Source: Thraustochytrium aureum (Eukaryota). From it: a stretch of 64,000 nucleotides of DNA. The stretch is from NCBI GenBank assembly GCA_012862495.1, contig BLSG01000411.1, positions 174,411-238,410 on the forward strand, written 5' to 3'. A model generated the notes under the pieces. That model saw nothing but the letters and a program-made list of their open reading frames with translations. It ran no database searches and was not told the DNA's origin. The position numbers and the translations under genes were made by a program. How positions within the stretch are numbered: position 1 is the stretch's first letter; every line of letters starts with the position of its first letter. Below, piece by piece: positions 1 to 10,500 of this stretch.

Positions 1-976
1 GGAGCGCTGTCCAGCACTGCGCGGTCGAGCTTTCGAAGCTCCTCCTTCATCCCGGGCACGACGCCAGCGAGCTGGTTGGCGATCGAGTACAGGCAGGTGC
101 GCACGCTGGCGGCGTTGGCGTCGTCAAACTTGAAAAAGTGCGCCGCGCCGACAAGCAGGCCTATGCTGGCGCCCGCAAGCTTGCGCCGCTTTGCGTCCCA
201 CTCGTTGGTTTGGCTCGCTTTGCGCTTGGCGAGCAAGCCTCCTTCGAGGCAGAGCTTGGCCAGGAGCACCGACTTGCCAAACCCGGCGGGGCCTAGAAAC
301 ACCATGACGCGGCGTTTCTTCTCTTTGACAACGTCGTCCGTGTACCAGCGGCGCGCCTCTTCCAGCACCGCCTCGCGCGTGCCTCCTTCGTAGTCGCTGG
401 CCTTGCGGTGCGCCGCCAGCAGCGGGTCAAAGGTTTTGTCCAGCTCGAATATCTCGCTCATCTTGGCCCGGTCGACCGCAGTGAGCGCATTCGATGGGAG
501 TTTCTCCTTCGGAAGGGTCTTGGCCTCGATGATGGCAGACAGACCCGCCATGGTCTCCTCAAAGTTCTCGTGCACTTCTTGAAAGAGCTCCTCAGCGAGG
601 CTGACTCTGATCTGGCCTCTCCAGGAGCGCTGGTCGGTCATGCCCTTGGACGCTACCAGAGGCACAATCCGACCCGGCCTTTGTTTGGCAGCGAGGCAAA
701 ACTCTCGCCTGCAGCTGTCGTCGCTACCGCCATCGTTGACCTTTCGCGCGTACTCTTCGGTCAGCAGCACCACGACGACGTCGGCGTTCTCGACCGCGCC
801 GGCCGTGGCCTCATCGAAATTGCCAGCCTGTGTGTTCTGGCCGTCGAACCAGACGTCCCAGCCTTTCTCGCGCTTCATCCAGGCCGCGCCTCGTCCACAA
901 CCACCTTGGCCGCGCGACCGTGGACGGCAGACTGGCAGTCGTACGAGATCATGACCTTCCTCTGGCGCGCCGCCAT
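1..976 (-). CDS. TIR-NACHT (STAND NTPase) NLR-like protein, 5' part; truncated by the window edge, frameshift near 885
   Basis: Manual translation of the minus strand. ATG at 976 gives MAARQRKVMISYDC. After a frame change near 885 it reads AAWMKREKGWDVWFDG...AVENADVVVVLLTEEY...CRREF...RIVPLV (TIR motifs), then GTREAVLEEARRW...VMVFLGPAGFGKSVLLAKL...AAHFFKFDD...SIANQLA (NACHT P-loop region). Open to base 1. Confidence 0.8.
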
Positions 977-1531
977 CTCCCTTGCCTCCATCCGGCCCTC
1001 TCTCGCGCGCCGCAGCCGGGCCGCANNNNNNNNNNNNNNNNNNNNNNNNNNNNNNNNNNNNNNNNNNNNNNNNNNNNNNNNNNNNNNNNNNNNNNNNNNN
1101 NNNNNNNNNNNNNNNNNNNNNNNNNNNNNNNNNNNNNNNNNNNNNNNNNNNNNNNNNNNNNNNNNNNNNNNNNNNNNNNNNNNNNNNNNNNNNNNNNNNN
1201 NNNNNNNNNNNNNNNNNNNNNNNNNNNNNNNNNNNNNNNNNNNNNNNNNNNNNNNNNNNNNNNNNNNNNNNNNNNNNNNNNNNNNNNNNNNNNNNNNNNN
1301 NNNNNNNNNNNNNNNNNNNNNNNNNNNNNNNNNNNNNNNNNNNNNNNNNNNNNNNNNNNNNNNNNNNNNTCTCCCGTTCTTCCGTCCGTCCGTTCGTCCG
1401 TCCGCTTGCTCGCTCGCGCGGGCGCCTGGAGGTCGATCGGGCTGCATTCCGGGCATTCGGCGCGGGATTGCAGCGGTTTGGGAGCGGGTTGCCGCGGCTC
1501 GGACAGCAGACAACGACGCCCGCGCGCGTGG

Positions 1532-2818
1532 ATGGAGCTGGTGCAGCAGAGGGAGACTGGGGCGGGGGCAGCGATTGCTGGGGGGAGCTCGCTGCAGGTC
1601 GAAGGCCAGACGATGGCGGGCAAGCCGGCGGAGCTGGTGTGGGACGGCGAGCGACGGCTCTGCTGCGGCGCGAGGAGCACTATCTCGCAAGCGAGCGCCG
1701 GGGCGCCCGCCTCTGTGCTCCTCGTGCAGCTGCTGGGGATCGCGCTACTTATGGCGTTCCCGGTTCGGTACCTGACAGAGGCGCAGGCGCCCGGGGCTGT
1801 CGCTTTCCCGATCGTTGCCTCGTTGCTGAGCGTCTCCACCGTGACGCTCTTTGTTCTGACCGTCAGCGCGGACCCCGGCTTCTTGCCAAAGTGCCCCCGG
1901 CCCACAGAAATCGAGGCCACGCAGGCGCGCCCCCCGCGGAAGCAAAACTTTATTGCACACGGCAAGGTCGTGACGCGCCAGTTCTGTTTCACCTGCAACG
2001 TGTACCAACCCCCCTTCACGGTGCACTGTGCGATATGCCAGAACTGCGTGCGGCGCTTCGACCATCATTGCCCGTGGGTGGGCAACTGCATCGGGGCGCG
2101 CAATTACCGGTACTTTTTCGGATTCTTGGTCTCGGCGACCGCGCTGCTCGTGTTTAGCATCGCGCTGAGCGCCGTGCAACTCGTGGACCTCGCCAACTCC
2201 GGCTTGGGCAGCCGCGACGTTTTCGCGCAAGGTGGCGGCGCCATTGCCCTTGCAGTCATTTCGGCCATGCTCTTGCTCTTTGTGCTCGCCCTCCTCCTCT
2301 TCCACATCCAGCTCCTGCGCACCAACATGACGACCAACGACCACATTAAGAACTCGACGTGGCACTTGCGGCCGATCGGGTTCGGCCTTCGCGTTTCGGC
2401 AGAGCTCTTGTTCGGCCCAGCGGGCGCTAGCCTTGTGGCTTCGTGGGTCGACGCTGCGCGCCTGCGCGCCAGCGGTGAGCAAGACACTTCTGGCCTGAGC
2501 CTTGTGCGAGAGGCCTACGGGTTTGGCTTGAAACCGACCTCTCGCCAGGTCGCCATCGCAGACTTTGACCCCGCGCGTTTCTTCGGGCGCGCGAACGGCG
2601 CCCCTGGTCTCGTCAAACACGACGACGACGGTGAGGCGCGCATGCCCGTCGACGAGCGCCGAGACACCTTCGTGACCGTGGCGAGTGCGGACGAGAACGG
2701 TACCATGCTCGAGAACACTGCATTCGGGAGCGTCCGCGACCGCACAGACCTTGACTCATCAGGGGACGTGGCCGAGGTCACCCATGCAATTGAAGGGTCG
2801 CGAGAGCTGCGGCCATAG
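1532..2818 (+). CDS. DHHC-type protein S-palmitoyltransferase
   Basis: DPG motif, Cys-rich CFTCNVYQPPFTVHCAICQNCVRRFDHHCPWVGNCIGARNYRYFF, flanking TM helices and TTxD (NMTTND). First ATG after the gap is 1532; 1613 is an alternative. Confidence 0.93.
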   Translation: MELVQQRETGAGAAIAGGSSLQVEGQTMAGKPAELVWDGERRLCCGARSTISQASAGAPASVLLVQLLGIALLMAFPVRYLTEAQAPGAVAFPIVASLLSVSTVTLFVLTVSADPGFLPKCPRPTEIEATQARPPRKQNFIAHGKVVTRQFCFTCNVYQPPFTVHCAICQNCVRRFDHHCPWVGNCIGARNYRYFFGFLVSATALLVFSIALSAVQLVDLANSGLGSRDVFAQGGGAIALAVISAMLLLFVLALLLFHIQLLRTNMTTNDHIKNSTWHLRPIGFGLRVSAELLFGPAGASLVASWVDAARLRASGEQDTSGLSLVREAYGFGLKPTSRQVAIADFDPARFFGRANGAPGLVKHDDDGEARMPVDERRDTFVTVASADENGTMLENTAFGSVRDRTDLDSSGDVAEVTHAIEGSRELRP

Positions 2819-3475
2819 CATAAACTCCAGAGCTGGAGACGGTACCCTACGCAATCTGCGCATTCATCGATGTANNNNNNNNNNNNNNNNNNNNNNNNNN
2901 NNNNNNNNNNNNNNNNNNNNNNNNNNNNNNNNNNNNNNNNNNNNNNNNNNNTCTTCCATCACATGTTTTGTAAACGCTCGTTGATCTTGAAAATCGAACG
3001 AGCCGAGCGCGGGCCGGCTTCAGCAGAGCCGGTTCACCGCCAATCGGAACCTACTCGAGTCCGATCGAGCAAGACCGCCGCGGCCGACACTAATAAGCCT
3101 CCATCGCGCCAGCCGGCCATCCGCGCAGCCAGCCAAGCTCAGCCAGCATCTCGGCCAGCGCCGGCCAAACCTCATGCATGCATTGTCGCGAGTTATTCCG
3201 GGAAAACAATTCGAAAAAAAATCAACCCAAACCGCCAGGCGAGCAGACCCCCTTCGGCAGGCGGCGACGAAGACGAGGAGGCGCAAGGCGGACAACTTGG
3301 GCTCGGCACGGCACGGGCACGGGCGCGAGGTCTCGGCTCGAGGCCTTGCGGTCTGCTCGCAAGGGGGTTTCGTTGGTGCTCAATCACGACTCGGTGGACA
3401 TTCAGTCAACCAGCCACTCGAGCCAGCCATACAGACGAGACGTACGCTGCGCGGTCGGCTGCGCTGTAGCGCAGG

Positions 3476-6400
3476 ATGGATGAGGCGGATGAAGATGTTC
3501 AAGAGCTCCTTTCGGAGCTGTCGCGAGTCAATGTCGAGGCTGGGATGAGGACCACGCGGACGCCGCAGGTGCTTGGCGAAAGACGCGCCGGGGCGCCACG
3601 GTCGAGCCACACCCCAGGCCATCTGCGCGACCTCACAATGGAGGACGTCCTCTCGCCGGACTCGCGGCGCTTGCTCTACGAAAAGACCGATGGCCAAGCC
3701 GGTGAGCCCGGCGCAAGGACATCGGCCCACAAGCGCGTCCCAAGACCCGGGGACTTCTCGCAGCGTGCGCAGCGTGGCCCATATGACGATCTCCGCCGTG
3801 CAGAGGCGACCAGCGGTGAATTCGGGAGCGACGACGATGGCGATAACGACGAAGACGACGACGAGGAGCTGGGCGGGGCCGCGCCGTCTGATTTTGCAAG
3901 CTCAAGCCGCGGCCCGGCGCGCCTGCGCCAGGTCGACCACCTATCAGGGCGCCTCCCAGACCCGCCTGGGATCGCATCCCGGCCAGATTCGCCCTTTTCG
4001 GAAACGCGCCGCGCCCTCGAGTCGTACACCGCGCAGAGCTCAAGCCGGGCGAGCGCCGCGCGAAGCCTCCGCTCAAGCGACTTTGACGTTGCAGACGACA
4101 GCGAGCTGGACGCGCAGTTCGCGGCCGATCCAGCGGTGCTGTGCTTTGAAGACCGCGTCGTGCTACGCTCACACCGGGGGGCCTGCATCGCAATCTCACA
4201 GCGCAAGCGCAAGCCCAAAGCCATGCTGAACAGGTCGTTCCGAGGCTCGACGTCTATGCTTGGCGCGTCTTTCGGCGGAGAGGGCGCCGCTGGGCGAGCC
4301 GGCACAGGAGGTGGGGGGGGGCGAAAGGCGCGTTCCGCCTCGGTTTCTAGCACATACTCTAGCCTTTCCCAGGTCCCCGCATCGCGGCCCCTTGCGGGCG
4401 TCGTGAGCGGCAACCCAACAGAGCCGGCGTGCGAATTCGTCATCATGCCAACCCAGCTCCGGACGCACTCGGGCGCCATCAAGCACGGAGACACGGTCTC
4501 GCTTCTCTCGCGCGCGTCTGGCAGGTACCTTGGCGTCTTCAACAGGGACGAGGACGCCAGCTCGGCCGGACTGGCTGCGCTTGAGGAAGCCGGCTTCTCA
4601 GACTCGGACTCTGACGAATCGAACGCCGCGGACGACCTCCTGGCCGACTTTGATGCCGAGGCCTCGAGGACTGCGCTAGAGACGCAGTGGAAGGTTGGCG
4701 CCAAGCGCAAAGTCGCAGGCCGACGCGAGCACTGGACGATAGTCGAGGTAAAGAGCGGCAGCGCGGAGCGCGTCGAGGAGCGCGAGCGCCGCATCGCGGC
4801 TTCGACCGCCCGCATGGGCAAGCGCGCGATTGAGCTGGGCTACAGCGTAAAGTCCCGCAGCCACCTTACGCCCAACCAGCGCGAAGTCCCGGTGGTGGTG
4901 CGCTCCTCCGACGCGGTCTTGCTCCGCAGCTTGCACGCCGACTCGCTCTTCCTGAGCTGCGTGCGCGGCAAACTGCGGCTCAGTCGCGTCCCGCCGCAGA
5001 CTGTCAGCTGCGAGTGGTCCCTTGTCAAGACGCCGGCGCCATTTCTTCCTCTCTGGGCCCGCCAGCGCCCACTGCTCGTCGGATGCGCCTGCGACGAAAA
5101 CGCGGCCCGCCCTGGCAACTATCGCGGCCAGCAGGACGCCGAGGCCGTCGCCGACGCCAAGGCCCAGGCCAGCCTTTTGAGTCGACAAGAGCTGGAAGCG
5201 CAGCTCGTCGACAACCTCATTTTCGCAATGCAGGGCGTGGAGAGCGACCAACTCATCTGCGTCCCCGGCGGGCGGGGCACGGCTTGGTCTGTCAACAAGG
5301 ACCTCGTGCAAGACAGGGCCCTGGTCCACCTCGCCGAGAGGATGCTCCCGCTCTGCGGCAACTTTGTGGCTACTGAGAACTTTATCCTGCGCCGCGAGCG
5401 ATCCGAGTTTGGCCGAGTCTCTCACGCGCTCTCGGCGGCGATGCGCGAGCTCGTGGACGAGTACACGGTGCTTCTGGCGCAGCTCGAACACCAGCAACAG
5501 ATTGGCCGGCTCACGATCCAAAAGCTGTGGTTTTACGTCCAGCCCTCGATGCGCACGCTCGAGATCCTGGCGCTCGTGGCAAGCAAGGCAGGCACAGCAA
5601 CGGGGGGCGCACTCCTCAATGCCGTGCACGCCCTGGCCGCCAAAGGTGGGGACGCCAAGGCGCGGTCAGTGTTTCACTACCTCGTCCAGCGCGCCACCGT
5701 GCCATACCTCGAGATGCTCGAGCTCTGGGTCTACCACGGCGTCATTCGCGACCCATATGACGAGTTCATGGTCTGCGTCGACGAAGAGGCCTCTAAGAAG
5801 ACACTCCGCGACGACTTTAACGCTCGGTACTGGGACTCGCGATACACGCTGCGCTCTGCGGACCGCTCGACGCGGACCGTGTCGGCCCCGCTCAAGTCCA
5901 TGCTCGACGCCTCGGAAGCCGGCACCAGCTCCGGCGCGCTGACACACGTCCCCTTCTTCCTGGCGCGCATCGCGGAGAAAATCCTCACGACGGGCAAGTA
6001 TCTCAACGTGGTGCGCGAGTGCGGGCGCTGGGTCAGCAACAACTGCGAGGAACGCATTCCTTACAGCGACGAGAGCCACGCCTACGACCAGATCGTCTCT
6101 CGCGCGCACGACTTTGCGTCGCAGACCTTGCTGTCGCTCCTGCTCGAAGAGGAAAAGCTTGTGGCGCGCCTGCGCTCTCTCAAGCACTACTTTCTCCTTG
6201 ACCAGGGCGACTTTTTCGTTCACTTCATGGACATCGCTAACGAGGAGCTGCAGAAACCGGTCAAGAGCATCGCTGTGACTCGCCTCCAGTCTCTCCTCGA
6301 AATGTGCCTCCGAAGCCGCAATGTCAACGACCCGTTTCAAGAAGATCTCACGTGCGAGCTCGTTCCGTACGCGCTCATTCAGCACGTCGAGGCCATCCAC

Positions 6401-7327
6401 CAGTTCGCGGGCGCCGAGCTCACCGACTCGGCCATGGCCCATGCGGACGCGCTCACGACATCATCGCTGCACCATGGGGGGCTCAAGGAGCAGGATCCGA
6501 GCGGCCTGCACGGCGTGGACGCCTTCACACTCGACATCAAAGTGCGCTGGCCCCTCTCGCTCGTCCTCTCCCGCCAGGCGCTCACAAAGTACCAGCTCAT
6601 TTTCAGGCACCTCTTCTTCTGCAAGCACGTCGAGCGCCAGCTCTGCTCCACATGGCTCTCGCACCAGACCACCAAAGAGCTCAACCTGCGCTCCGCTCTC
6701 GGGCCCGAGTTTTGCCTGCGCCAGAGGATGATCCTCTTTCTCACCAACTACGAGTGGTACTGCACCGTCGAGGTGCTGGAGCCGCGCTGGCACCAGCTCG
6801 AGCTCAAGCTTGCGAGCGTGAAAACTGTCGACGAGCTCATGAAGCACCACTCGGAGTTTCTGGACACGTGCCTTCGCGAGTGCCTCCTGACCCACCAGGG
6901 CTTGCTCAAAACCCTCTCCAAGATTATGACGACCTGCCTCCTCTTCGCCGCGCAGAGTTCAAAGTTCACCGACCAGTTTGCGGAGCCTGCAGGCGTGGAC
7001 TCGGCTGGGACCGCCGCCGCCGCCGCGGGATCGTCGTCGCAGACTCGCGCTGCAAGCGAGAACACGCGGCGAGCTCGCCCGAGCGACAAGTCTCCCAGAG
7101 AGCTTCGCCAGTCGCGCATCGCGGCTCGCGAGCGACATGCTGTGACGCTTGTCACCCAGGAAAGCTACCGCCAGATGATAAAGCGCTCCGAGACGACGTT
7201 TGACACGATGCTGCAGCAGTTCATGGACGACCTTATCCGTGAGGCAACGCATGGCGAGTATCACTCGCACCTCACCAACCTTTGCACGAGGCTCGACTTC
7301 AACAGCTTTTACAAAACGCACAAGTAA
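3476..7327 (+). CDS. GCP2: Gamma-tubulin complex component 2 (Spc97/GCP2) with long N-terminal extension
   Basis: 1283-aa ORF with LTIQKLWFYVQPSMRTL, ILTTGKYLNVVREC, RLRSLKHYFLLDQGDFFVHFMD, WPLSLVLSRQALTKYQLIFRHLFFCKHVERQL and terminal RLDFNSFY. Confidence 0.92.
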   Translation: MDEADEDVQELLSELSRVNVEAGMRTTRTPQVLGERRAGAPRSSHTPGHLRDLTMEDVLSPDSRRLLYEKTDGQAGEPGARTSAHKRVPRPGDFSQRAQRGPYDDLRRAEATSGEFGSDDDGDNDEDDDEELGGAAPSDFASSSRGPARLRQVDHLSGRLPDPPGIASRPDSPFSETRRALESYTAQSSSRASAARSLRSSDFDVADDSELDAQFAADPAVLCFEDRVVLRSHRGACIAISQRKRKPKAMLNRSFRGSTSMLGASFGGEGAAGRAGTGGGGGRKARSASVSSTYSSLSQVPASRPLAGVVSGNPTEPACEFVIMPTQLRTHSGAIKHGDTVSLLSRASGRYLGVFNRDEDASSAGLAALEEAGFSDSDSDESNAADDLLADFDAEASRTALETQWKVGAKRKVAGRREHWTIVEVKSGSAERVEERERRIAASTARMGKRAIELGYSVKSRSHLTPNQREVPVVVRSSDAVLLRSLHADSLFLSCVRGKLRLSRVPPQTVSCEWSLVKTPAPFLPLWARQRPLLVGCACDENAARPGNYRGQQDAEAVADAKAQASLLSRQELEAQLVDNLIFAMQGVESDQLICVPGGRGTAWSVNKDLVQDRALVHLAERMLPLCGNFVATENFILRRERSEFGRVSHALSAAMRELVDEYTVLLAQLEHQQQIGRLTIQKLWFYVQPSMRTLEILALVASKAGTATGGALLNAVHALAAKGGDAKARSVFHYLVQRATVPYLEMLELWVYHGVIRDPYDEFMVCVDEEASKKTLRDDFNARYWDSRYTLRSADRSTRTVSAPLKSMLDASEAGTSSGALTHVPFFLARIAEKILTTGKYLNVVRECGRWVSNNCEERIPYSDESHAYDQIVSRAHDFASQTLLSLLLEEEKLVARLRSLKHYFLLDQGDFFVHFMDIANEELQKPVKSIAVTRLQSLLEMCLRSRNVNDPFQEDLTCELVPYALIQHVEAIHQFAGAELTDSAMAHADALTTSSLHHGGLKEQDPSGLHGVDAFTLDIKVRWPLSLVLSRQALTKYQLIFRHLFFCKHVERQLCSTWLSHQTTKELNLRSALGPEFCLRQRMILFLTNYEWYCTVEVLEPRWHQLELKLASVKTVDELMKHHSEFLDTCLRECLLTHQGLLKTLSKIMTTCLLFAAQSSKFTDQFAEPAGVDSAGTAAAAAGSSSQTRAASENTRRARPSDKSPRELRQSRIAARERHAVTLVTQESYRQMIKRSETTFDTMLQQFMDDLIREATHGEYHSHLTNLCTRLDFNSFYKTHK

Positions 7328-7504
7328 AACCACCTTGTGTAAAGCCTGCCACGCGGCCCTGCGCTACGCCCCAGCACAAATGCAAGCAAGCCTTGCACAG
7401 CGGCTGAAGAGGCCCGCGGCAACGCCACTCCAACAGCAAAACTCGAAACACAATTCTTTTGCAAACCTTTTCTTCCCGAGGGCAGCTGCCCGCTCTACCG
7501 GAGC

Positions 7505-10500
7505 TCACACAAGCTCTATCTCCATGCTGAGGAATTCGTGCATGAGCTCGCAAAACTCATCAGGGGACAGCTCGTGGTCCAAGTCAAAACCTTTGGTGAT
7601 TGTAATGCGCTCGAGGTCTTCGAACGAAAAGATGAGGTTGTCATCGTCTCCCTGAAACTGGTCCTTGGGCTTGTACTCCACATTGTTGAGCGCCTCGAAC
7701 AGCTCGCACAGACTCAACGAGCCGCCTCCGTCTTTGTCGTAGAAGCGAAAGAGCTCGAGCAACTCCTTCCGCTCGGCTTGTGAAATTGGACGCATCTTGC
7801 GCGTTGGTTCAACAGTCTGCGAGGTCGACTTGACGAAGTCGAGCATCTCGCGCAGTTCCTTCGGAGAAGCCGCCGGAAGCAGCAGCGACATGAGCTCAGC
7901 AAAAGAGATCTCTCCGGAATGGTCGTCGTCAATGACGTCAAACATCCCCGCGAGCCCGTCCAGATCGATGGAGAGCTTGTCCAGGTTGTCCATGAGCTCC
8001 TCCAAGTCGATTTTGCCAGAGCCGTCCCCGTCGATCTGGTCAAATATGATCTTCAGGTTTAGGATCTCCCTCTTCGAGTAGATCCCGATGTTGTTCTTGT
8101 TCGCCTTGATGTCCTTCAGGTTGTTGCGAGCATTGGGGGCAGACTCGCGCCGCGCTATGCTGCGTCGTGTCGCCAGAGACATCCTCCGTCGGCTCGGTAT
8201 CGCCGGACCGGCCTCGCCGGGCCCCGCTGCACGCTCGCGCTGGGCGAGCAAGTCGTCATCGTTCACCCTTTTGACACCGGCAGCCTCGAGGATGCTGAGA
8301 CGCTTTCGCGGCCGTCGCGCCTCATTCGCGACCACATCTTGGCGCGAGGCTTCCTCGTCACTGTCGCTGTCACCGCCACAAGCTGCATCGACGTCGGAGA
8401 GGCCATCGAATCGGTCGCTCAACTTTCTGAGGCTCGCCAGCTTCGATTTGCCGTGGCTCTTTGCATCTGGCGAAAGCGCGAGCGCTCCCGTTGGGGAACG
8501 GAGGAGCGCATCGATCCGCCCCAAGAAGCTGAGGCCCTGGCGCTGCAGGTTGCTTCCTCGCCGACCGTCCTGCCTCTCTCGCTTGTGCTTTGGGCTTTCC
8601 CGCTCTGTGACAGAAACCCGACGGCGCGAGGTGGAGTTGGCGTCTTGGAAGGCGGCGTCGCCGACCCTGGCAATGAGTCCATCATGGCGGCAAGCATAGC
8701 TGGGGAGCGCCGGCACGCTCTGGACGTTCTCCACGCGAGACAGCGCTAGGGGGTTGCCGTTCGGGGAAAAGTTCAGGTCGGGCTTGCTGTCGGAGGCGGC
8801 CGGGCTCCACGTGTTGAACTCGGTGGTGGGCGAGGAGCCGTCTGGCGAGCTCGCCTTTGCTTGCTGCCTTAGCCGCGGCTGCTGCCGCTTTCGTTTCCCG
8901 CGGCGCTCGTTCAGAGCGGCTTGCAAAAACGGCGATGGGGTCGTGTCGAGCGGCTGAAGCAGCGCCTTGCGCCGATTCGCCTTGTTTTGCTGCTTGAGGA
9001 GCTCTTGGTTGAGGCTCTCGTACGAGTTGCGAAGGGTCGAAGGTGGCAGGACCTCGGACTCGGATGCGCCCTCCACGTAGCTGCCAAGAGGCGAGCCCAA
9101 GCCGGCCAAGTCGCCGCCGAGAGGTACCAGCGCAAGCTCGCCAGCACTCCTTCCGCCGCCACTCGCCATTGAGCCTCGCGGGGAGCCGAAAACCGAGCCC
9201 GCGTCGGAGAGCACGGCGACCCCGGGCAGCCCTTCGCTCCGACTGGGGGCGGCAAACTCACCTCGAGGCGCTTGGACGCAGCAAAGGCCGCCGCATCAGC
9301 GGCGAGCGGGTCCGAGCTGTCGCTTTCGGTGGTCGCCTCGTCGATTTCGGTGGCCGCCTCGTCGAAGGCCTGGGCCATCAAGAGGAGTGCCGCCTGCACG
9401 CGCGGGTATTTTGCGGCCGCTGTTTGTCGCGCAGAGGCCTGCGCTTCCTCGAAGGTGCAATGCGAGTCTTGCGATCGGACGTCCTCGCCCGCCTCTTTAC
9501 GTTCCTGGAAATCGGCCAACTGGCGCAACGAGGAGAATCGAGCTCGTGACGGCATGCGTTTGAACGATTGAGAACGCTGTGGCGGGGACTCGGTGATGCG
9601 CCTCAGGATCCCTTGTGCACGTCTGTATTTCACGTCGTACTTGGCCTGCACGTCAACTGCAAACCGGAAACGTGTGGCCAAGAGCCGCCCAGTCTGCACG
9701 CCTTTCACCTCGGACTCGGCCATCGTGAGGTTGGCCACTCGCACCCCGTTCAAGTCCCATACGCGAACGTTGCCGTCAGCAGACGAAGTCAGTATCGCGC
9801 AGGGGTCGCTAATGAAGTCGATTCCATTGATTTCGTCGGTATGCGCGCTGAGGAGGCGAGACGCCTGGAACCTCGCCCGGGTTTGGGGGACCAGTTTTTT
9901 GGCCACCTTGCGAGAGGCCTTGAGCTTTTGGCGCATCTTCTCTTGTCTCCGCTTGCGCTCCTTCTTCTCCTGCATGATTTGCTTGAGCTCGGCGTCTTGG
10001 TGTCGCCCCAGGGGGGCTTTCTTGGCCTGCCCGTTGGCCCCGGCGGGGTCGCCGGGGTCCTCGAACAGGTAGCGATAGCTTATCTCTGCATGCCGAGTGG
10101 CATTGTAGCCTTCCTGATTGGCGGGCAGCCGTCCATCCTCCACCGGCTGAATATTGAGGTCTTGGATCAGCGTGTCCAGGTCCCACTCTTTAATGTTGCC
10201 GTTCTTGTCGCCCGAAAAGAGAACCAGCGATTCGGCAGCACGAGCAAGCCCTCTTCCCGTTTTCGCGGTCTGCCGACTGCGCTTGCGTTTCGTTTGACGA
10301 GGCGCCGCCGGGGGCGTCGTCGGGCTGGGTCTCGATTCCGCGAGCGATTGCAAACACGCGGATTGGGCACCGCTCTCGCAAGACAGCCTCCAGTTCCTCT
10401 CGCGACCCAGAGGCGGTCTGCAGCGTCACTCGTCGGGAGGGGCTGCGCAACAGACGCGCGCCGTCGACATTGACACGGCCACTTGTGAGCCTGTGCGCGT

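Noticed and set aside
408..1775. ORFs spanning the first N-gap, and similar ORFs at 57648-59000
   Set aside because: Their length is an artefact of translating through Ns.
9243..9261. GTGAGT...CAG 19-nt micro-intron as the cause of the WD40 frameshift
   Set aside because: Removing it gives the wrong frame; one extra C in the C5 run explains the junction more simply.
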